Shown: piece after piece, positions 34,693 through 45,081 of the stretch | Position numbering within the stretch: position 1 is the first letter of the stretch | How the letters are laid out: every line of letters starts with the position of its first letter | Origin: an uncultured bacterium | GTDB taxonomy: Bacteria; Verrucomicrobiota; Verrucomicrobiia; Limisphaerales; UBA8199 | DNA length: 64,000 bases | Direction of reading: 5' to 3' | NCBI GenBank assembly: GCA_963749495.1 | Contig: CAVVMW010000012.1 | Coordinates: forward strand, 480,001 to 544,000 | Notes under the pieces: model-generated | What the model saw: only the letters and a program-made list of their open reading frames with translations | Databases searched by the model: none | Told to the model about the DNA's origin: nothing | Made by a program: the position numbers and the translations under genes

Positions 34693-35295
34693 ATGAATAT
34701 TTCAGCATTTTTGCTGTGGCTTAAGGCCATGGCCGGGCTGATGTTGGCTCGCACTGCTGGCATGGCGATGTTCCTCTTGGCGGTGTTGTTCCTGGTCACG
34801 TGCTTCGCGACTCCCTGGCAGGCCGTTGGTCCGGCCGAGGAAAATGCGGTCCAAGAAATTCGTATTTCCAAGCTGGAGGTCCGGGAGTTTCAGGGGTACT
34901 TTCCGCAATATATCGCGATTACAAATCAGGAGACAGTTCTTCCTACCGGCCTTGCTCGTTCCTTCTCAGAATACCGCACTCGGCACTTCGAGGTGAGCTC
35001 TAACGAGGGGGAGAACCCACCGTACGAGCAACGACGGGCGAGGATTTTCGTCTTTCAAGGACCGAAGGCAGAATGTCGATTAGATGTCGTAGGATTCAAG
35101 AACATCGACGTGCGCTGGATAACCGAAGACATTCTGATCATTGAGACTTGGCCTGGACGAGTCGTTCGGTTGATCACGTTGATCAATGTTGAAACCGGAT
35201 CCACTATCTATCGGTCAGCAGCCCATTGCATACCTAGAGCCTGTCCCAATAGAGGAAGGCCTTGCGGAGCGGGGCTGGGATCGATGCGGGCCTGA
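34693..35295 (+). CDS. Hypothetical exported protein; last codons displaced by IS insertion
   Basis: Hydrophobic N-terminus; removing the IS gives ...AHCIPIPR* ending near 37297. Confidence 0.6.
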   Translation: MNISAFLLWLKAMAGLMLARTAGMAMFLLAVLFLVTCFATPWQAVGPAEENAVQEIRISKLEVREFQGYFPQYIAITNQETVLPTGLARSFSEYRTRHFEVSSNEGENPPYEQRRARIFVFQGPKAECRLDVVGFKNIDVRWITEDILIIETWPGRVVRLITLINVETGSTIYRSAAHCIPRACPNRGRPCGAGLGSMRA

Positions 35296-35338
35296 TTTAA
35301 ACCCGCAGGAATCGGCACGGCGACACTGAAAAGGCCCG

Positions 35339-35557
35339 CTATAATGGCTTTGTCGAGGCCCGCCGGCGGGTGGTGGGCGCGGGCCCGTTGGGCCGAACCA
35401 AATGGAGTTCGCCACGGTCCAGCAGTTCCCATTGGACGCGTTCACCGCCTTCCAGACCAATCGCCGCGGCTAGGGCCAATGGAAAGCTGACATAAAATCG
35501 GGGCTGTTTTCCCTTGGAACGCATCTCCTGGATTTTCAATGGATAGGTCGCTTGCAT
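35339..35557 (-). CDS. IS-borne AbrB/MazE-like protein
   Basis: MQATYPLKIQ...FYVSFPLALAAAIGLEGGERVQWELLDRGELHL; conserved in the second copy. Confidence 0.7.
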   Translation of the reverse strand: MQATYPLKIQEMRSKGKQPRFYVSFPLALAAAIGLEGGERVQWELLDRGELHLVRPNGPAPTTRRRASTKPL

Positions 35558-35586
35558 TTTTTGCAAAATAGTTCTTGCCTTTTGTG

Positions 35587-35606
35587 GGCTAGAGTATAAT
35601 CTAGCC
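35587..35606. promoter_or_regulatory. Palindromic -10 promoter/operator between divergent IS genes
   Basis: GGCTAGAGTATAATCTAGCC with TATAAT 8 nt before the transposase ATG; TTAGATTATAATCTAA at 27163-27178 in the other copy. Confidence 0.6.
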
Positions 35607-35608
35607 TC

Positions 35609-37102
35609 ATGCCGGCTGCCAATATCATTCCGTTCGAACTGCCACTGCCCCAAATCCTGCCCACCATCGAGGGCAATGTCAATTACCGCGACTTGCGCGA
35701 CCAACTCCTGCGCATCGACGGCCTGCTGGTGCAGAGCCCCTTGGAAACGCAGATGCTCGAGGCGGACCTCCAACGCTGGCTGGCCGGCCAAAAGCGCGTC
35801 AGCGCCAAGGCCCAACAAAAGCACCAGTTCCACGCCCGGCGCGCCCTGCGCTGCAATACCGCCCGGCTCCTCCTCAAAGAGCACTACCGCCGCTTTGCCG
35901 CCCGCCTCGCCGACAGTCCTCTCTTGCAGTACTTCTGCGGCATCAGCGAGGTCAACCGCGTGGTCGTGCCCAGCAAAAGCACCCTCCAACGCTACTTCAC
36001 CTGGTGGCCGGAAGCCGAGGTGCGGGAGTTGATCCACAAGCTCCTGGTCCAGGGTGCCCAGGCGCCGGAGCGACTGGACTTGGCCCAGCCGCTGGATTTG
36101 GAAAGCGCCTATCTGGACTCCACCTGCCTGTGCGCCCACATCCATTACCCCGTGGACTGGGTGCTGCTGCGCGATGCCACCCGCACCTTGATGGGCTCGG
36201 TCCGGCTCATCCGCAACCAGGGGCTCAAGCACCGCATGGAGGAGCCGGAGAGCTTCATCAGCCGCATCAATGGGCTGTGCATTAAAATGACCCATGCCTG
36301 GCGCCGGCAGGATCAAGTGCAGAGCCGACGCCTACGCAAACAAACCCTCCGGCAAATGGACCGCCTGGTCGGCACGGTCCGCCATCACGCCCGCCGCTAC
36401 CGGGAGTTGCTCGACACGCACTGGGAGCAAACCCAGTGGACTCGCCCCCAAGCTGAGCAGGTGCTCGGGCGCATGGACCAGGTCCTGGAGCAATTGCCCA
36501 AGGCCCGCCAACAGGCCCGCCAGCGCATCTTGAAGGGCCAACTCGTGCCCAATGAAGAAAAGATCCTCAGCCTCTATGAAGCGGACGTCCACGTCGTTGT
36601 GCGCAAAAAAGCCGGGGCCGAAGTGGAGTTCGGCAACACCCTCTTTCTAGCCGAGAATCCCCAAGGCTTGATCCTGGATTGGGAGTTGTTCCGCGAGAGT
36701 GCTCCGGCCGACGCCGCCCTGTTGCCGCGCACAGTGGGACGCATGCAAGAAGCCTATGCGCCAGGCCCCAAGGCGCTGGGGGGTGACCGGGGGTTCGATA
36801 GCGAACTCAACCGCTTCGGTTTGAACGAAGAAAAGATCTTCAACGCGATCTGTCCCCGTTCACCCGGGCAGCTCCGACAGCGGAACCGTTCCTGGAAATT
36901 CAAGCGCATGCAGCGGCGCCGGGCGCAAACCGAAGGCCGCATCGGCATTGTGAAGAATGTCTTCCTGGGTGGGCGGATGCGCTGCAAAGGCTTTGAACAC
37001 CGGGAGTTGACCGTGACCTGGACGGTGTTGGTGCACAACCTGTGGGTGCTAGCGCGGCTGCCGCGATTGGAGAAAGCCGAAGCTGCCCGCCGGGCGGCCT
37101 GA
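35609..37102 (+). CDS. IS5-like DDE transposase
   Basis: 497 aa; LDSTC..HIHYPVD..LL; KAGAEVEFG; GDRGF; RRAQTEGRIGIVK. Confidence 0.9.
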   Translation: MPAANIIPFELPLPQILPTIEGNVNYRDLRDQLLRIDGLLVQSPLETQMLEADLQRWLAGQKRVSAKAQQKHQFHARRALRCNTARLLLKEHYRRFAARLADSPLLQYFCGISEVNRVVVPSKSTLQRYFTWWPEAEVRELIHKLLVQGAQAPERLDLAQPLDLESAYLDSTCLCAHIHYPVDWVLLRDATRTLMGSVRLIRNQGLKHRMEEPESFISRINGLCIKMTHAWRRQDQVQSRRLRKQTLRQMDRLVGTVRHHARRYRELLDTHWEQTQWTRPQAEQVLGRMDQVLEQLPKARQQARQRILKGQLVPNEEKILSLYEADVHVVVRKKAGAEVEFGNTLFLAENPQGLILDWELFRESAPADAALLPRTVGRMQEAYAPGPKALGGDRGFDSELNRFGLNEEKIFNAICPRSPGQLRQRNRSWKFKRMQRRRAQTEGRIGIVKNVFLGGRMRCKGFEHRELTVTWTVLVHNLWVLARLPRLEKAEAARRAA

Positions 37103-37466
37103 GGGCCGCCCGGCCGATTTTCCAAACACAAGACCGGGGACGTGGTGTGTACCGGCGCGACCGGTTTTGCGCAAATACGGAGGGAAGAGATGATCCCAGT
37201 CCACTTTGTTTGATGGTGGCGCCGTCATGGATCAGCGAATGTAATGGCACTGCCAAAACTCGCCCTTTTGGGACAGGCTCTACCTATACCACGGTAGTTG
37301 CACGTTTGTGATTCACCCGCGAAGCGTCAACAACCCGCGGCGCGGCAAAAGAACCAAATGCTTGATCCGAGCAGCATTTTGCTGCTCGCGGGGGCGCCCA
37401 TCGGCGCGCGTGCCATTGAGCCCCCATGGAGCTTGACCGGGTTGCCTGGGAGCCTACGCTTGTTCC

Positions 37467-37679
37467 ATGAACGCTGTTGAATTCACGGCGGAGCTAAGCG
37501 GCGCCGCGGTACTGCCAATCCCCCGGGAAATCGCCGCGCAATTGCCAAAATCGGGCAAGGCCCGCGTGATCGTTCTGACCGACCAAGACACCGACGAGGC
37601 GGAATGGCGTGCCGGGGCTTACGAGCAGTTCCTGCGGGACGATTCGGCCGAGGACGCCATATACGAGTCGTTGCGCTGA
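37467..37679 (+). CDS. Small putative antitoxin
   Basis: 70 aa; LPIPREIAAQL..ARVIVL and acidic tail; followed by a toxin-like start. Confidence 0.6.
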   Translation: MNAVEFTAELSGAAVLPIPREIAAQLPKSGKARVIVLTDQDTDEAEWRAGAYEQFLRDDSAEDAIYESLR

Positions 37680-37680
37680 G

Positions 37681-37713
37681 ATGTTCGGCGACGTTTTCAT
37701 CTGCCAGTTCCCG
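37681..37713 (+). pseudogene. N-terminal stub of a PemK/MazF-like toxin
   Basis: MFGDVFICQFP directly after the antitoxin, then unrelated sequence. Confidence 0.45.
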
Positions 37714-37925
37714 ATCGGTCACGCCCGGTTTCACCCGGCCGGCAGGGATGAACCTCCAATCTCCCTGCCGGATCGCCAGACCGTTTGCGTATTCGATGAG
37801 GTGTGCGCGGCCGGTCCGGGAGCCGGTACCTGGTACCAAGCCGACTGCTCGTTTTGCCCCGGAGCGGTGCAAATTACTTGTGGACGGTGCCGGCCGGGTT
37901 TATGAGAATGCCAGCCTATCTGCTT

Positions 37926-39239
37926 ATGAAACGAAGAACTTTTTTACGAACCACCACCGCGGCAATCCTCGGGTTCCAGGTCGTGCCCCGTCACGTGCTG
38001 GGCCAGGGCCAGACGCCGCCGAGCAACAAGCTGAATATCGCCGGGGTCGGCGTCGGCGGCCAGGGCGCGGGCGATCTGGCCGAGATGAAGGGCGAGAACA
38101 TCGTGGCGCTTTGCGACGTGGACTGGGCCAGGGCGGCCGGCACCTTCAACGCGTTCCCCAAGGCGGAACGATTCAAAGATTTTCGCGTGATGCTCGAGCA
38201 GCGGAAGGACATTGAGGCGGTGCTGGTCGCCACGCCGGATCACATGCACGCCCCGGTTACCCTGGCGGCGCTTCGGGCAGGCAAGCACGTTTATGTGGAA
38301 AAACCCATGGCGCACACCATCGAAGAGGCGCGGGTGATGGCTCGCGTGGCGGCCGAGACCGGCCTGGTCACGCAGATGGGCAATCAAGGCCACGCCGGCG
38401 AGGGTCTGCGCCAGATCCGGGAGTGGATTCAAGCCGGGGTCATCGGCACCGTTCGCGAAGTCCACGGTTGGACGGACCGGCCAGTCAACTGGTGGAAACA
38501 GCCGGCGACGCGGCCGACGGAGAGCGTGCCGGTGCCGGCCACGCTGGACTGGGACCTCTGGCTGGGCAGCGCCCCGGCGCGGCCCTATAGCCCGGCCTAT
38601 TGCCCGGTCGGGTGGCGAGCCTGGTTTGATTTCGGCAACGGCGCCCCGGGCGACATGGCGGTACACAACCTCGACCCGGCGTTCTACGCCCTGGACCTCG
38701 ACGCCCCGGTGGCGGTCGAGGCCCAGACCTCGGCCCTGGGCGATGAGACCTATCCGGCCTGGCAGATCATCACTTCCCGGTTCGCCGCGCGCGGCGCGCG
38801 CCCGGCGGTGAAAATGACTTGGTACGACGGTGGCAAACTCCCGCCCCGGCCGCCGGAAATGGACGCCGATCAGAACCTTCCCGATAATGGAATCCTCTTC
38901 TTGGGCACCGAGGGGACGATGCTCTGCGGGGGTTGGTCCGGCCCGCCGCGGCTGCTGCCGCTGAGCCGGCACAACGCGCTGAAAGCTCCCCCCAAGACGA
39001 TCCCCCGCTCGATCGGCCATCGCGCCGAGTGGATACAGGCCTGCAAAGACCGGAAGCCGGCGGATGCCAAAGCCGGATTCGCGTACTCGGGGCCGTTCAC
39101 CGAGGCGCTGCTGGTGGGCATCCTGGCGGTGCGGCTGCAGCAGCCCATCGAGTGGGACGCGAAAGACATGCGGGCCCGCAACGCGCCGCAAGCCGCACCG
39201 CTCATTCGCAAGCACTACCGCCCGGGCTTCGGTATTTGA
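37926..39239 (+). CDS. Tat-exported Gfo/Idh/MocA oxidoreductase
   Basis: [43 protein letters not shown]. Confidence 0.92.
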   Translation: MKRRTFLRTTTAAILGFQVVPRHVLGQGQTPPSNKLNIAGVGVGGQGAGDLAEMKGENIVALCDVDWARAAGTFNAFPKAERFKDFRVMLEQRKDIEAVLVATPDHMHAPVTLAALRAGKHVYVEKPMAHTIEEARVMARVAAETGLVTQMGNQGHAGEGLRQIREWIQAGVIGTVREVHGWTDRPVNWWKQPATRPTESVPVPATLDWDLWLGSAPARPYSPAYCPVGWRAWFDFGNGAPGDMAVHNLDPAFYALDLDAPVAVEAQTSALGDETYPAWQIITSRFAARGARPAVKMTWYDGGKLPPRPPEMDADQNLPDNGILFLGTEGTMLCGGWSGPPRLLPLSRHNALKAPPKTIPRSIGHRAEWIQACKDRKPADAKAGFAYSGPFTEALLVGILAVRLQQPIEWDAKDMRARNAPQAAPLIRKHYRPGFGI

Positions 39240-39460
39240 GGCCGCGCTCGCGCCAGGGCACCCCAACACGGGCCGCGGGAAGATCGCCCAGACGCCCGCA
39301 CATCTGAACGCGCATTAGCGGCGGCACCGATGCCCGTTACGACCCGAACCGACAGGAAAAGGGGACATGGCAGATCATGCGGCCCACGCAGTGAGCCTTC
39401 TTTGGCCAGCCTTAGACCTCCCGCTTCCAAGCGGTCAGGGCAGGATGAATTCCTGCACCC

Positions 39461-39636
39461 GGGCGCATCCCGGCACTGCCCCCACCGCCGGGGGGGCCGG
39501 ACCGGAGTGCGCCCGTCTCCGGGCGCAGCAACGTCCGGAGCCAGGGCAGCGGTCAAACACTCCAACACGCCTGCCCACTCCCTCGCTGCTGTGCCCGGGG
39601 ACGGGCGCACGCCAGGGGCAGTGTCAGGATGCGCCC
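39461..39636. repeat. Nested palindromic REP-like element
   Basis: GGGCGCATCCCGGCACTGCCCC / GGGGCAGTGTCAGGATGCGCCC enclosing a GGAGTGCGCCCGTC doublet; half-copy at about 21203-21250. Confidence 0.75.
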
Positions 39637-39700
39637 TCTGCACCCTACGCGTGGGAATTGTGCTTGCACCAATTCGGGCCTGCTGGCATTCGTTTGGAAC

Positions 39701-42700
39701 ATGCTGGCCCGGATCCAATCTCTGACCGCCTCGTCTGCAACCGCCCTTGCTTTGGCGGCCGCCTGCCTGCCTTTCGCCGCATGGCCCGCCGAAGATCTGG
39801 CGCCCAAGACGTCCATACCCGCGTGCGCCGCGATGTTTCCCGGACCTATGCTCTCGCCCGAACCCGCCCTGGCCAGGCAAATGGCCGCCTTGCTCCACAA
39901 GGCCGGCTATGAGCACGAGTCCATCAGCCTGGAGGTCCTTACCAACCCGGCGCGCCTGACGGTCCAGCGTTATGAACTGCTCGTGCTTCCCGATGCGCGG
40001 TCTCTGCCATCGGCCAGCGTGCCGGCGATCGAGAACTACCTCAAGGCCGGAGGCGGCCTGCTGGCTCTGCGCGCCCCGGCCTGGGAATCGCCGCTGCTCA
40101 AGGTCCAGGGCAACTGGATCCCAAAGGAAACGTACCAGAAACGCCTCTCGGGCGAAAAGCCGCAGCACCTGGTCGAGACCTTCGCCGATGCCGATCTTCC
40201 CGGCTGGTGGCGTTCGAGTAATGACATGCAGACGAAGTCCGGCTACCGCGTCGCGCAGGACGGCCCGGGAACGGCGCTGCACGTGACAGTGCCGCAGTTG
40301 ACGAGCTGGGACACGTTCATATCGCCCCGCTTGCAGCATCCCTTTCCCACCCATCATGCGCTGACCTGCTTTCGGGCCAAAGGCGGCCCATACACGCGGC
40401 AACTGGCCCTTGAATGGGATGAACAAGACGGCTCACGCTGGATTGCGGTCGTCCATCTCTCGCCGGAGTGGAAGCAGTACGCCTTGCCGCCCCAGGCCTT
40501 CAAGCCCTGGGAATCGCCGGGCCGCGGCAGGCCGGGAGATGGATTCAATCCCTCCAAAGCGGAACGCTTTTCGGTGGGATTGGCCTTGTCCCACACCGCC
40601 CTCCAGGGCCAGGAACACGAGTACCTGGTTCGCCGAGCTGGGCACGGCGCCCAATCCGTTCGGCAAGGAGGAATTCCTGCCGGTCCCGCGCCTGGAATCG
40701 CTTTCGCCCGGCTACCAGTTCTTCGAAATCACTACACCGGTGAGGGTCCGTGCCGATCACCAGAAAGAGCCGCTCGAGCAGTGGGAACGGAATCGAGACG
40801 GGAGCGTTTTGTTGAATCAGGATGCGACATCGCCGCCCGGAGCCGCCCCGACCACCCGCGCCCCCCTCCTGGGCCTCCATCCCCGACCGCGCGCCATCGG
40901 CTTCAACCAGGACCGGCCGTTTCGGTGGGAACCCCTGCTGGGGGCTTATGATAGCGTCTCGGGTGACTACCGCGGCGCGGTGGCCGCGCTGGTCGTCCAT
41001 GTCGCGCCTCCATTCCGGTCCGGCGTCTGGGCGGTCTTCACGCCCGCCGACCAGTCCTTTTACCTGCAGCCGCTTGTGACGAACTGCCTCTGGCAGGTGT
41101 TGTCCAGGATGCGCCGGGGCATCTTCCTGGCCGAAGGAGGCAGCGAACATTTCACGCTTTTTGAGGGCCAACGGTTCCGGGCCGGCGCGGAAGTGGTGAA
41201 CTTTGGCCAAACCACGGCCACCAACATCACGCTTGCGGTGCAACTGGCAGACTGGAGCGGGCGCCCGCGACGAACGGTCCTGGAACGAACGTTCGCGCTT
41301 GCCCCTGGGCAAACCGCGCGTTGCGACCAGGAGGCGCTCGACATTCAACCGGGAGAAGAGGTCGTCTCGGCGGTATTGAGCGCCAACGGCCGCCCCCTGG
41401 ACGCGCTCGCTCACGAACTGGGCGTCTGGAAAGCAAAGTCCAAGCCCGAATTCATCCGCGCCGCCAAGGGCGGCCTGTGGCTTGGCGGAGAGCCCTGGAA
41501 AGCCCATGGCGTCAATTACATGCCCTCCACCGGCATCGGTGTGGCCAACCTCCATTTCTTTGAACACTGGCTTGGACGCGGGGCGTACGATCCCGCGGTG
41601 GTGGACCGCGATCTAAAACGGGTCAAGGCTATGAACCTCAATGCCGTGAGCATCTTCATCGATCACGAGTCGCTTGGGGCCCAGAACCTGCTCGATTTCC
41701 TCCGCCGCTGCGAAACCCTCGGGTTGCGAGTCAATCAATCCCTGCGGCCCGGCACACCGATGGACTTCCATTGGAAGGAAATGCGGGCGCTCATCGAGTT
41801 CTACCGCATGGCCCAACATGACGTCATTTTCGCCTATGACCTGGCGTGGGAACCCAGTCACGGCGATCATAACCAACAGGAGCGCGCGTACTCGGGTTTG
41901 TGGCACGACTGGGTGCTCGCCCGCTACGGCAGCGTTGCCGCTGCCGAGCGGGCCTGGACCGTGCCCGCCCCGCGAAACCCTGCCAATCGCTTGAGCGTTC
42001 CGCCCATGGCGGATCTGGTCAACGACGGCCCGTGGCGGAAAATGGTTGCCGATTACAGGCTGTTCCTGGACGAGCAACTCCACGAGCACTACGCCGAGGC
42101 GCGACGGTTGGTGACCGCCCTCGATCCGCATCACGCGGTCAGCTTCCGCATGGCGCACGCCGGCGACCCTACCTGCCTCTTGGAAGGACTGCTCCCTTAT
42201 GATTTCTACAGCCTGGTTCGGGCCGTCGATGTGTGGGAACCCGAGGCCTACGGCCGAATCGGGGACTGGGAACGCGTGAAGGCCGGCGAGTTCACAGCCG
42301 CTTACGCCCGGCTTTGTGACCCGGACAAACCGCTCATCTGGGCGGAGATGGGTTACAGCGCGTGGGACATGAACCAAATGGCGCCCGACCCGGAAAAGCT
42401 GACGTTCCAAGCGGCGTTTTACTCGGATTTCTATCGCATGTTGTCCGAATCCGGCGCGGATGGTGTCTTCTTCTGGTGGTATCCGGGGGGCTTCCGGCTG
42501 AATGAAAACAGTGATTTCGGCATCATCAACCCCGACGGCACGGACCGGCCCGTGACGCGCGTGATACGAGGCCTGGGCGCCGAGTTCCTCAAAGCGCCGA
42601 AGCCGCCGAACCCGGATTACTGGATGAGCGTCTCTCGCGACCGGGATGCCCGGGGACTCTGTGGCATGTATGCGGCGGTCGGAGAGGAGTTCTGGGCCGC

Positions 42701-42770
42701 CCAGGCCCGCGGCCGCCGGCCCGCGCTAAAATGGGAGCACCCGCCCGAGGCGCCGGGGCGCTCTCCGTGA
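39701..42770 (+). CDS. Large secreted glycoside hydrolase (clan GH-A-like C-terminal barrel); +1 frameshift near 40625
   Basis: HGVNYMP, YDLAWEP, IWAEMG, FWWYPGG, SDFGIINPDG; GAGTACCTGG vs expected GAGTACTGG. Confidence 0.7.
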
Positions 42771-42910
42771 GCGCGCCGCTGCCTCCAAGCTCCGTTAGGA
42801 GGGCCATGTCAAAGCGCGCGTGCAAAAGTAATATCACAATGGTGATCGAGACATTCTTGCTCCCACACGCCGCAGACGCATTGTCCAAGCTGTCTGCTCG
42901 GCCTGAATCT

Positions 42911-43242
42911 CTGGCCCAAAGGGCCGGCAGAATCCAGCCCAGGGCTGAGGCCGCCAGGCCGATGCCCTGGGAACATGCCCCTGGAGACCAGGTGCGCCCT
43001 GAAAGAATTCCCGGAACGAATTCGCGCTTTGCGCCCCTGAACCTCGACACTGCGTTCCCGTCCCGCAAAGCGTTTTGGACTGCCGCAGTCCAAAACCTTC
43101 GGACTTGGTGTCGGTTCATGGAGAGGGCGCCAGAGGGCTCTGGCGCCCTTTCAGGGCGCCGGGCCCTGGTTTGTGGCGAAACCCCAGGGCATCGGCCTGA
43201 CGGCCTCAGCCCTGGGCTAGGTTCTGGCGGCCCGTTGGGCCG
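42911..43242. repeat. Composite inverted-repeat element with nested REP fragments
   Basis: AGCCCAGGGCTGAGGCCG..GGCCGATGCCCTGGG mirrored by CCCAGGGCATCGGCC..CGGCCTCAGCCCTGGGCT; inner TTTTGGACTGCCGCAGTCCAAAA. Confidence 0.75.
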
Positions 43243-43375
43243 CAAGGCAGCGCCGGGAAAGCGGGTGATTGTCTCCAAAGTCAATCCACAGCCTGACATT
43301 TCCTTTGCACACCCGCTTAGAGTCGAGGCGCGGCGAGGGGGCACAGTTTGGTTAGGGATTTGGAGACTGCGCCTT

Positions 43376-44914
43376 ATGCTGGCCGTCGCGGCGCTCTTGA
43401 TTTGGCCGCACTTTGCCCCAGCCGCCGGCCTGGCCGGCGCGGGCCGCCGCCCCAATGTCCTCTTCATCGTCGCTGACGACCTCAACACCCGCATCGGCTG
43501 CTACGGCGAGCCGCTCGTCCAGACGCCCGCGCTCGATCGCCTGGCTGGCCGGGGCGTGCGATTTGACCGCGCTTATTGCCAATTCCCCCTCTGCAATCCC
43601 TCCCGCGTTTCGCTGCTGCTGGGGCGTTACCCGACCAGCACTGAGACGGTGGACTTCGCCTGGCCCGCCTTGCTTGGACGCGATTGGGTGACGCTGCCGG
43701 AGCATTTCCGCAAGAGCGGCTACCAGGTGCACCTGCTCGGAAAGGTCTATCATTTCGACAAAGACCTGATGAAACATTGGTTTGCCGAGGAACCGCCGGG
43801 CGACGAGTACCCGCCCGATTGGGGCGCGGGGGAGAAATGGGTCCGCAAGAGCCAGGAGGTCCATGCTGATATGCTGGCGGACCTGACTCGTTACGAGCCG
43901 TATCGGACGCTGGCGCCGCCCTCGACGGATTTCGCCAGGATGCTCCGCACCTGGGCCAATGTGTTCGGCCCCGTGCCGAACGAGGAAGAAGCGGGCGCCG
44001 AGGCCAAAGCCAAGGCCTACGAATGGACGGCAGACGTGAAGAACGCCAACGCCGCAGTCGCCCAACTCGACCGCTGGGCAGGGTCGGACAAACCGTTCTT
44101 CCTGGGCGTCGGTTTCTACAAGCCGCACGTGCCGCTGCGGGCGCCCAAGCGGTTCTTCGACCTTTACGACGCGGACAAGATTCCGTTGCCGGCCGACTTC
44201 GCCCCGACGCCGACGGCCGACAATGCGGTGCCGCGTTACGCGCTGCGCGAGAACCTGGACCTGTTCTTCGAAGAACGCGTCAGCCCCCAGCGCGCTTGAG
44301 AGGCCATCGCCGCTTACTACGCCTGCACCAGTTTCATGGACCAGCAATTGGGCCGCGTCCTGGACGCCCTTGATCGCTTGGGGCTGCGCGACAATACCAT
44401 TATCGTCCTCTGGGGCGACCATGGCTGGCACCTGGGTGAGAAAGGGATGTGGGCCAAAGGGACGCTCTTCGAGCCGTCGGCCCATGCACCGCTCATCATC
44501 GTTGACCCGCGCCGGAAGACTGCCGGCCGGGCCTGCGCCCGCGTTGTGGAATTCGTCGATGTCTATCCCACGTTGGTGGAGTTGTGCGGAACCAAGATGC
44601 CGCCGGGGCTGGAGGGCAAGAGCCTGGTCCCCTTGTTGGACAATCCGGCGGCGACTTGGGACCGGCCTGCCTTCACTCTGGTGGCGCGCGAGGATTGGCT
44701 TGGCCGGTCAGTCCGGACCGAGCAATGGTCTTACACCGAGTGGGATGAGGGACGCCGGGGCACACAGTTGTATGACCTGCAGGCCGATCCCAATGAACTC
44801 AAGAACCTCGCAAAGGACCCGGCGAAGGCCGGCGTGGTGAGCCAACTGCGCAAACTGCTCCGCGCCGGACCCGTGGCGAAAGAATCGCCCGTCCGCGCGC
44901 ATCATCCACTTTGA
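43376..44914 (+). pseudogene. Sulfatase (iduronate-2-sulfatase-like) with in-frame TGA at 44297-44299
   Basis: RPNVLFIVADDL; CNPSR; GFYKPH; WGDHGWHLGE; both ORFs in the same frame. Confidence 0.85.
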
Positions 44915-45081
44915 AGCACGCGTGCCGTGACAGGAAGAAGCACTGCCCGGTGGCTTGCAGGAACTCATCGGCCCCGGATCACTCAAGCCGCGGCGAATCG
45001 ATCTAAGCGTTTTTTGCGTGCGTTCACTGCCGATTCCGTGTAAACCTCACCTCAACCATTGGTTGCAGAGGGTGCTGTCAT

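Larger units (their letters stand above)
35237..37280 (+). mobile_element. Complete IS5-like insertion sequence
   Basis: Terminal IRs GAGCCTGTCCCAA / TTGGGACAGGCTC; flanking direct repeat TACCTA at 35231-35236 and 37281-37286. Confidence 0.92.

Noticed and set aside
44297..44299. Selenocysteine or programmed read-through in the sulfatase
   Set aside because: Context RA*EAIAAYY fits an Arg CGA-to-TGA change; not a catalytic Cys position and no clear downstream hairpin.
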